Virus record (IMG/VR): IMGVR_UViG_3300038393_001141
Length of the DNA stretch: 20,000 bases
DNA from: an uncultured virus (IMG/VR IMGVR_UViG_3300038393_001141)
Taxonomy: Duplodnaviria; Heunggongvirae; Uroviricota; Caudoviricetes
Strand: one strand, 5' to 3'
Both the position numbers and the translations under genes were made by a program. Under the pieces are notes generated by a model, which saw only the letters and a program-made list of their open reading frames with translations, was not told the DNA's origin and did no database searches. Shown piece after piece: positions 9,788 through 16,088 of this stretch; position 1 is the first letter of the stretch, and each line of letters begins with the position of its first letter.

Positions 9788-10050
9788 TAGTGTATTTCCT
9801 CGCTATCAGGGCGACTGAAGCCTCTTGCTTCGGCACCAATCTGGGTGGTGGTCAGCATGTGGTCAGCCGCAAGCTCAATCAGCTCCTGCATCTGTATGGG
9901 GGTGGCGCCCTCCATGACTGCTAACCTGCCTATAAACTCACTCAAGCCCATGAGGATTTCCACAGAGGAGAATCCCTTGTCCAGCAAGGCCCGGGCAGTA
10001 ATGTCCTGGACCCCTTCCAGCTTGCGCTTTTCTATGTGAAACGTACCCAT
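9787..10050 (-). CDS. Hypothetical protein (87 aa)
   Basis: ATG with AGGA upstream; stop coupled to the HTH gene. Confidence 0.7.
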   Translation of the reverse strand: MGTFHIEKRKLEGVQDITARALLDKGFSSVEILMGLSEFIGRLAVMEGATPIQMQELIELAADHMLTTTQIGAEARGFSRPDSEEIH

Positions 10051-10078
10051 TCTTGTTTGTTCCTGTTATGTTTTAGGT

Positions 10079-10305
10079 GAGAGTGTGGCCGGCGTTGATC
10101 TCCGGCTTGCGGTACTTTCGCTGACACTTCTTTCGGATTCTATCTGCGGCGTATCAAAGGCCCTGTCTTCGCCGCATCGTCAGCCTGCTCTCTTTAGCGT
10201 TTGTCCTGTACTCAGGTAGCGTAACCTTAGTCACCTGTACTCGCTCAGCTTTGCATCTTTCGATGACCCACATCGCAGCGTATCAACCTACGCATTCACA
10301 CTCTC
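10079..10305 (-). ncRNA. C4 antisense-RNA-like structured RNA with a large central insertion (227 nt)
   Basis: 5' GAGAGTGTG-AAT-GCGTA-GGTTGA-TACGC ... AA-GCCGG-AGATCAACG-CCGGC-CACACTCTC 3'. It has a 9-bp closing stem and two flanking hairpins matching the C4 family pattern as I recall it (GTGAATGCGCAGGCTGATGCGC...GCCGGAGATCAGCACCGGCCAC). Fills an ORF-free intergenic gap. Confidence 0.8.
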
Positions 10306-10317
10306 TTTATTGCTCTT

Positions 10318-11256
10318 TTAGTCGTCGTTCAAAGAAGCCAGCAGCTCATCCAGGTCGTCAACCATTACCGCTTGCTTCTTCACCTCGGCTTTTGGTGCAG
10401 TGGCTTCGACCTTTACCGCAGGGGTTTCAGCGGCGACCGCAGGGGCTGACTTGACTCTGGGTTTTGCAACCTTCGCGACTTCCGGCTCCAGCTTAGGCGC
10501 TACCTTCGCTGTCTCGAACGGCTCGTCATCTGCAACCGCGGCTGACTGAAACGCGATCGTCCCTATGATCTGACCGACCAATTCCGACGCAGCCACTTCT
10601 TGAGCCTCTTTGAACTGCTCCCCGGCCAAGAATCCAACTCCTTTGAAAATCAGTTGGGGTGTGGCAACTTCTTGCTCGAACCTAAGCTTTGTGATGACTG
10701 AGCTATAAGGTATGCCGCGTGCGGCCAAGGTGCGACCGTACTCTGCCAGGGGTTTCAGCGAAGCAGCCGGCACACGTAACATCATTGGCTCATTCAGGTG
10801 ATCAGGGGCTGCAACAGCCACGCGCCGGGAATCAGCACACGCCTTGCCCTTACCATTCTTGGAGGAACCAAACGCATTCCACTTGCAGGTTGCGCAGGAC
10901 TTTGACTGCGGATCGGTGGAGTCCTTGTCCGGAGACACGCCATCGTTGCTGAAGCATGCAGGCTTGGTGGGCTCTTCGCCCTCTACCCACTCCTTGCCGT
11001 ACCAGACTTTCGACAGGGTTTTGTTGGCCTTGAGGATGACGACTTCGAGGTTGGTTGCGGCCTCTTCATCGTCGTTGGGGTTCATGACGATTTGGCGGTT
11101 GTCCTTGCCAGATACAATCGCGAATACCTTGCCCTTGATGGACAGGGATTTGAAACCACCACCCACACCAGTGCTGAGATCGTCATTGGCTGGCTTGTCG
11201 AGGTTGGTCAGGAAAGAAGGCAGTTGCTTTGATTCGAAAGGGATTACGTTGCTCAT
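10318..11256 (-). CDS. Putative phage ssDNA-binding/annealing protein (312 aa)
   Basis: Beta-rich core (LSIKGKVF, LEVVIL, MMLRVPAASLK), CATCKWN..GS...GKAC Cys motif, Ala/Pro/Lys linker, acidic tail DDLDELLASLNDD. Located in the replication module. Confidence 0.6.
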   Translation of the reverse strand: MSNVIPFESKQLPSFLTNLDKPANDDLSTGVGGGFKSLSIKGKVFAIVSGKDNRQIVMNPNDDEEAATNLEVVILKANKTLSKVWYGKEWVEGEEPTKPACFSNDGVSPDKDSTDPQSKSCATCKWNAFGSSKNGKGKACADSRRVAVAAPDHLNEPMMLRVPAASLKPLAEYGRTLAARGIPYSSVITKLRFEQEVATPQLIFKGVGFLAGEQFKEAQEVAASELVGQIIGTIAFQSAAVADDEPFETAKVAPKLEPEVAKVAKPRVKSAPAVAAETPAVKVEATAPKAEVKKQAVMVDDLDELLASLNDD

Positions 11257-11268
11257 GTCGGTTGGTCC

Positions 11269-11481
11269 TTATTTGTTAGTTACGATGTTCTTGATTCTGA
11301 GAAGCTGAGCTTCCAGCTTCATGTTCTTTGACTTTTCTTCCAGAAGAGCCGCTGCATGGTCGTCGATCCATCGAGATAACTGCTCTGCGTCCTCAAGACG
11401 GTTGCGGTCCATCACCTCCAAAATAGAAGCCCAATGCGCAACAGGCTTCCCATGCAAATATGCGATTTCTCCTGGATACAT
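11269..11481 (-). CDS. Hypothetical protein (70 aa)
   Basis: TGATG coupling with AGGAGGAG RBS. Confidence 0.7.
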   Translation of the reverse strand: MYPGEIAYLHGKPVAHWASILEVMDRNRLEDAEQLSRWIDDHAAALLEEKSKNMKLEAQLLRIKNIVTNK

Positions 11482-11861
11482 CAGCTCCTCCTGACATTGA
11501 TTGTCTGAACGCGGGTGATATTCACGCCGGGTGGGGGTACTTCGTTCTCTTCGATGTATGCTTCAACCGCGGTCTTGTTGACTCGCTTCTCCAGCATCCC
11601 CCAAAAATCCTTGTCTTTTATGAATTCGAGAGCGGCGTCCCAGTCCGCAACGGACGCCTGAGTCTTTATGCTGCGGTATGCTGTGCCAAATTCGGTCTTT
11701 AGTGAGTCGGTGCCGTCTGCGTTAAATTGCTCCATGATTTGGGATTCAATTTTTTCCTGGGCTGCCTTATCGGCAGCATCGGCTTCTTCGTATTCTTTCT
11801 TGCGTTGAGCCCTCCGGTCACGCAATCGAATGTATATTTCTACTCTCTTTGCAATATTCAT
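11481..11861 (-). CDS. Phage replication-module protein (126 aa; coiled coil plus PPGV C-terminus)
   Basis: Start placed at ATG 11861 (GGAG RBS). YIRLRD...KTEFGTAY...DWD...PPGV pattern resembles genes commonly found between helicase and SSB genes. Confidence 0.7.
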   Translation of the reverse strand: MNIAKRVEIYIRLRDRRAQRKKEYEEADAADKAAQEKIESQIMEQFNADGTDSLKTEFGTAYRSIKTQASVADWDAALEFIKDKDFWGMLEKRVNKTAVEAYIEENEVPPPGVNITRVQTINVRRS

Positions 11862-11882
11862 GTAAAATCTCCAATTATTCAC

Positions 11883-11912
11883 ATCATACACTACTTTACA
11901 TTGTATTGTCTA
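11883..11912 (-). promoter_or_regulatory. Sigma70-type promoter
   Basis: TAGACA (11912-11907), 18 bp, TATGAT (11888-11883) in an AT-rich gap. TACATTGTA palindrome in the spacer. Confidence 0.5.
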
Positions 11913-13460
11913 TCTGTTTATGTCTTTCTCCTGTATTATGTCTAGTAAAAATCCCTGCATGTTTGATTTTTCTTGCAGTCTCTTGTACATCGCACGTTCG
12001 ACCGCGCTGCCTTCTATGTTGACTATAAGCTGGTTCAATTTCTGCCCGGGCCTCGTTATCCTGGCGTTGGCTTGCTCGTAAGTTTCGGCGCTGTTAGTCG
12101 GAGCAAACCAGATAATCACCGACGCCGCAGTCAAGGTAAGACCATGGGACATCACTCCAGCATTCGCCACGATTACACGCGGGTCAGGTGCGTTCTGAAA
12201 TGCACCGAATATCTGATCTCTAGTTCCTTTTGGGGTGCCTCCGCTCACCACCTCAACCGTGAAATACTTGCGTAAATACTCTGCTACAGCTTCCAGTGTT
12301 GACGTGAATGGAACGAACACGATTACCTTGCTTCCAGCTTCTTCGATGATCTCCTTGGTTACAGCCAGGCGTTCAGGTGCTGGTATTACTATCTCCTCTC
12401 CATCGTTGCCGTACACCACACCGCAAGCGATTTGGACCAATTTCATGGCTTTTACAGCCTCGTTGACAGCAGTGACATAACCACCGTCGTATTCGGAATG
12501 CAGCTTGGTCAGCATGGTCCGGTACATCTCTTTCTGTTCTTTGGACATGTCGACCGTTCGGGTTTCGAACGTGGTCGGCGGTAGGTCAATGCACTCGTCC
12601 CTCTTGAACCGGATTGCCGGCTGCATGGCATTTGATACCAGGTCCAGAGCACCTTCCCGGGGTACGAACTTGAACGGCCCGATCTTCTTCATGACGGTGT
12701 CCCTGAACGATCCAAAATACGGCGGGACAGAAGATGGGTTGATCAGCCTACATTGGGCCCATGCGTCGGTAGGGCTGTTGGGTATTGGAGTCCCAGTGAA
12801 CCCCCACACCACCTTCAGCTTGGAGAATGCTTTCTTGTGCGACTTCCACCGATCGGTGGATGCGTTTCTAGCCGCTTGGGATATTTCGTCCAGGAGACCA
12901 ATGTCTATATCCTCTCGCTCAGCGATCGCGTCGGCCAAAATCTTGATTCCGTCGTGGTTGATTATGTAAATGTCAACCTCTTGATTCAGCAGCTTAAATC
13001 GCTTGTCTCGGGTGCCGTGAAGCACAGAGAAGTTAAGATGTGGAAAATTACGGAATATCTCGTCACCCCACGTTCTCTCCAGTGTTGACATTGGCGACGA
13101 TATTAATAGCCTCTTGACCTTCCCTACGCTCCGCAGGTAGTCGTACGCCCACAAACCTGACAGGGATTTGCCTGTTCCCATGTCGTTAAGACAAAAAGCC
13201 CTTGGGTGATTAGCCAGGAATTCTGTTGTTACTTTTTGATGGTCGAACGGAGTAAACCGCCCAGGCCAGTCGTAGTAGAACCCGATAGGCGAGGGCACAT
13301 CAATACCCATATTGTTTAAGACTTTCGTTTCGTCCATCCGGTGCGGTACTACTACGAGTGTTTTTCCCTTGTACGTTATGGTTCTTGCAGTAGGTATTAT
13401 ATTCAAAACCCTATCCGGATTCGCGAGGTTCAAAACTACTTTTTGCTGTTTGATCAGCAT
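11910..13460 (-). CDS. SNF2-like superfamily 2 helicase (516 aa)
   Basis: Q-motif PFDHQ, Walker A DMGTGKS, Walker B LLDEIS, motif III FTGTP, motif V HGLTLT, motif VI QANARITRPGQ. Confidence 0.9.
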   Translation of the reverse strand: MLIKQQKVVLNLANPDRVLNIIPTARTITYKGKTLVVVPHRMDETKVLNNMGIDVPSPIGFYYDWPGRFTPFDHQKVTTEFLANHPRAFCLNDMGTGKSLSGLWAYDYLRSVGKVKRLLISSPMSTLERTWGDEIFRNFPHLNFSVLHGTRDKRFKLLNQEVDIYIINHDGIKILADAIAEREDIDIGLLDEISQAARNASTDRWKSHKKAFSKLKVVWGFTGTPIPNSPTDAWAQCRLINPSSVPPYFGSFRDTVMKKIGPFKFVPREGALDLVSNAMQPAIRFKRDECIDLPPTTFETRTVDMSKEQKEMYRTMLTKLHSEYDGGYVTAVNEAVKAMKLVQIACGVVYGNDGEEIVIPAPERLAVTKEIIEEAGSKVIVFVPFTSTLEAVAEYLRKYFTVEVVSGGTPKGTRDQIFGAFQNAPDPRVIVANAGVMSHGLTLTAASVIIWFAPTNSAETYEQANARITRPGQKLNQLIVNIEGSAVERAMYKRLQEKSNMQGFLLDIIQEKDINR

Positions 13461-13472
13461 GTTAAATACCTT

Positions 13473-13742
13473 CTAGTTGTCGTAGCTGTTCTTTCCTGAG
13501 TGGCCTGCTCTCCATCCTCTGTTCTTGTTTCGACTGATAACCCGTGTGTTCGAATCTGCATCACTGCCCCCCTTGCGCAGTGGGTTCTTATGGTCCACGT
13601 CCTTTCCATCTCCGACATGTGCCTTTCCTTCTGCAATGGCATGCCGGCGAGCTCGGTTACGGTCTACTCGCTTTTCTACGTTCTCGGGTTTTTGCTGATA
13701 CTCAGCCATATACCGGAGTTTGGCTGGTGTTGATTTAGGCAC
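13473..13742 (-). CDS. Small HNH-type endonuclease (89 aa)
   Basis: Basic N-terminus, then DVDHKNPLRKGG...N...NR beta-beta-alpha pattern. GTG start with AAGGAG RBS. Confidence 0.75.
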   Translation of the reverse strand: MPKSTPAKLRYMAEYQQKPENVEKRVDRNRARRHAIAEGKAHVGDGKDVDHKNPLRKGGSDADSNTRVISRNKNRGWRAGHSGKNSYDN

Positions 13743-13977
13743 CGAATTTCTCCTTTACAAGCGAGTCGAGTTCGTTCACGAAAGCCACAAACTCAACCCA
13801 AGCGTCATCATCCACAGAGATTGCTTCGTGCCCGAGCAAGCCCAAGTGCACATACCACCAAGTGCTGTCACCAGAAGATGTGCTAGAAATTGCTGCTTGC
13901 CAGCCGTTCAGCTTGTCTGGAACACAATGTGTGGTGCAATCGAGCAATCCATTAAATGTCTCTTCTCTTGTTTGCAT
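13735..13977 (-). CDS. Hypothetical protein (80 aa)
   Basis: GAGGAG RBS at the end of the VRR-NUC gene; overlaps the next gene by 8 bp. Confidence 0.65.
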   Translation of the reverse strand: MQTREETFNGLLDCTTHCVPDKLNGWQAAISSTSSGDSTWWYVHLGLLGHEAISVDDDAWVEFVAFVNELDSLVKEKFGA

Positions 13978-13980
13978 TTT

Positions 13981-14298
13981 CTACTCCTCAAAACGGTTAA
14001 TCACTTCATGTACCGAAAGCATGGTGTCCAGCCAATCAGCATCGCTATTGGGGTCTTCGTTAACTAGATAGGCCATACCTCCACTGGTTTGTATGGCTGC
14101 GATCGTCTGCCTCTGACGGTCTGTGGGCTCCTTAACACCTGGCTTGGCTTCTATGGCTAGATACCTGCCCATGAAGCAACAGATAAAATCCAAGGTTGGT
14201 GCCCCCATACCATTCTGCACTGGCATGTGGTAGTAGACGTTATGCTTCTTGAGCACCTTCTTGATCTTGTCCTTGACCTTACTTTCAGGAGTACTCAC
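13981..14298 (-). CDS. VRR-NUC domain nuclease (putative Holliday junction resolvase)
   Basis: TPESKVK...NGMGAPTLDF...LAIEAK...PTDRQ...GG. Probable GTG start at 14298 (ORF track starts at 14331). Confidence 0.85.
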   Translation of the reverse strand: MSTPESKVKDKIKKVLKKHNVYYHMPVQNGMGAPTLDFICCFMGRYLAIEAKPGVKEPTDRQRQTIAAIQTSGGMAYLVNEDPNSDADWLDTMLSVHEVINRFEE

Positions 14299-14533
14299 GC
14301 TCTGCCACCAGCTCGTCAATTCGGGATTCAAGGATTCCTATCTCGTCGTTCAGATCATCTATTTCTCTTTCGTAGGATTTTTCCAGCTCTGATACCTCAA
14401 CAGCATCCTGCAGGCGCCTTTCCAAACGCACCAAGGCTTCCTTGTACAAGTCCCAGCCGACCATCCCATCCGCAAACCTGACGAACTCTTCGTCGCTCAT
14501 GTAGGCATATTTGCAACTACTTGCATTACTCAT
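14285..14533 (-). CDS. Hypothetical acidic coiled-coil protein (82 aa)
   Basis: AAGGAGG RBS; heptad-like C-terminus. Confidence 0.7.
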   Translation of the reverse strand: MSNASSCKYAYMSDEEFVRFADGMVGWDLYKEALVRLERRLQDAVEVSELEKSYEREIDDLNDEIGILESRIDELVAEREYS

Positions 14534-14736
14534 TTGGAACCCTCCTTAAATATCCCACTCGTACAAGGCGGTGGCAGCCGCAATTGCATAGTTGTGCTGC
14601 CCAGATTGAATTTCGTTGGCGAATGACCACACAACCTCAACTTCCATACCTTCCTTAGATGCGGCCTTTAGCATCTGCGCGATAATGTCTATGTCGTGCA
14701 CTTCCTCAACGCTATCACTCATTTGGAACTCTCCTT
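14525..14736. repeat. 23-bp direct repeat (2 mismatches) spanning RBS and start codon, flanking the 58-aa ORF
   Basis: ATTACTCATTTGGAACCCTCCTT (14525-14547) versus ATCACTCATTTGGAACTCTCCTT (14714-14736). Confidence 0.85.
14546..14722 (-). CDS. Small hypothetical protein (58 aa, MSDSVEEVHD...ALYEWDI), not in ORF track
   Basis: Hand translation; AAGGAG RBS; ATGA overlap with the upstream ORF. Confidence 0.75.
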   Translation of the reverse strand: MSDSVEEVHDIDIIAQMLKAASKEGMEVEVVWSFANEIQSGQHNYAIAAATALYEWDI

Positions 14737-14847
14737 GTATAGCCTTTCCGCCTCTCTTTTATTTACTTCCACGTTGTAGGGATCGCGGCCAACATATTGA
14801 ATAATGTCTCGCAACCTCCTAACGAATCTAAGTATTGCTGCCATCAT
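14719..14847 (-). CDS. Small hypothetical protein (42 aa, MMAAILRFVRRLRD...KESSK), not in ORF track
   Basis: Hand translation; ATGA overlaps at both ends. Confidence 0.65.
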   Translation of the reverse strand: MMAAILRFVRRLRDIIQYVGRDPYNVEVNKREAERLYKESSK

Positions 14848-15008
14848 GGCTCTTGGTATCCGAACAATTTAGCTATGCGGGCGGTTTGTTTTATCATCTC
14901 GTCTACCAATTCAATATCTGCGCCTTGCTCTTCTTGCGCTGACACCATGGCTCGAATGAACCCATAAATTTCGTCCTGAGCTCTTTCTTTCAGCTGCTTA
15001 TCACTCAT
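14844..15008 (-). CDS. Small hypothetical protein (54 aa, MSDKQLKERAQDE...FGYQEP), not in ORF track
   Basis: Hand translation; GGGAGG RBS; ATGA overlaps at both ends. Confidence 0.75.
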   Translation of the reverse strand: MSDKQLKERAQDEIYGFIRAMVSAQEEQGADIELVDEMIKQTARIAKLFGYQEP

Positions 15009-15667
15009 CGCTTCCTCCCGTTATGTTCACAGCTGGTTACTGCACAGAACGCCTTGCATAATCCTGACGGCCTGGCTTCCCACTTGCTTTGTTCATGGGC
15101 GATTTCGAGACGGCGCACTCGCGGCAGGAACTCCTGCCAAATGGTCGGCACTTGCTCTCGGGTGTAGGTCTCCTTGACCACCTTGCTGTCCTTGAGCCAT
15201 ACGAACCCAGTAGATACTTTCTCTACCTCCGGTTCAGCGGCCATCATGACCGCCGCAGATAGCTGCAGCTGCAGGGAGTCGTGCTTGATCTTCCCGGTCT
15301 TCCAATCCAGGTTGATCGCATTCGGCCCGTTCACCACACCAACGTCTATGACTGCTCTCACCCACGCATCCCTGGCGAAATACTCTGTGGGCTTGAGGCT
15401 CGCGTTCAGGCAGTACTTGGTCTCTGCGAACACCCGTCCTGGGGATGCTTCGATCTTTGCGCACAGTGGCTCGAACTTTTCAAGATGCTCTGGTAATGGA
15501 GTCTTGTTTTTGATCCTGAGCTCCAGGTCTTTGTGAACCCGCTGCCCCCACATCGCGGACTCACCAGGAGGGTCCTTGACATCCTTGGCTACTCGGGTGT
15601 GGTAGAACTGCTTTGGGCACGTCTCGAACGCTGTAAGTGCGCTGTAGGACCACGCGACGGGTTTCAA
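15005..15667 (-). CDS. Cas4-like PD-(D/E)XK exonuclease (220 aa)
   Basis: WSYS...TCP N-terminus, GQRVH, VIDV, LDWKTG, QL, and C-terminal C-x3-C-x4-C, giving four Cys consistent with an Fe-S staple. TTG start overlaps the upstream stop. Confidence 0.85.
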   Translation of the reverse strand: MKPVAWSYSALTAFETCPKQFYHTRVAKDVKDPPGESAMWGQRVHKDLELRIKNKTPLPEHLEKFEPLCAKIEASPGRVFAETKYCLNASLKPTEYFARDAWVRAVIDVGVVNGPNAINLDWKTGKIKHDSLQLQLSAAVMMAAEPEVEKVSTGFVWLKDSKVVKETYTREQVPTIWQEFLPRVRRLEIAHEQSKWEARPSGLCKAFCAVTSCEHNGRKR

Positions 15668-15969
15668 TTTACCTTCCTGTAAAACAACTCAACCAACTCG
15701 TACTCAGGCTCTCCTTGTTTCACGTAAACGCTTTCCTTGTTTAGCTCTCTGAGAAACTGGTCAGCTCTTTCTCGGGTGTAATCACCAATATGGTTTACAC
15801 TCCCATACTTCAAGTTCCGTGTGCCATACCCAGCCAGCCACACCTCACCACCTGCAGATAGCTTCTGTTCTACTGCTTGCCTCCAATCAGCTACAGCGAA
15901 CCCAGCACCAAAGGCTATACCTATGAAAACTCCTATCACTACCGCAAACATAACTGGGTTTATAGTCAT
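15664..15969 (-). CDS. Membrane-anchored hypothetical protein (101 aa)
   Basis: N-terminal hydrophobic helix VMFAVVIGVFIGIAFGAGFAVA. Start placed at 15969 because of the ATGA overlap with the 40-aa ORF and a GGGAG RBS. Confidence 0.7.
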   Translation of the reverse strand: MTINPVMFAVVIGVFIGIAFGAGFAVADWRQAVEQKLSAGGEVWLAGYGTRNLKYGSVNHIGDYTRERADQFLRELNKESVYVKQGEPEYELVELFYRKVN

Positions 15970-16088
15970 TCCAACCACTCCCTTTTGCATTTAGCACACC
16001 TGAACCCGAACACCTTCCCGGTAAACTGAACTGCTACGTGGTACTGAATGTGAAACTCATTGCACCACCATTTCTTAAACCACTTCAT
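15966..16088 (-). CDS. Small putative zinc-finger protein (40 aa, MKWFKKWWCNEFH...RCAKCKREWLE), not in ORF track
   Basis: Hand translation; AAGGAG RBS; ATGA overlaps at both ends; C-x3-H...C-x2-C pattern. Confidence 0.7.
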   Translation of the reverse strand: MKWFKKWWCNEFHIQYHVAVQFTGKVFGFRCAKCKREWLE

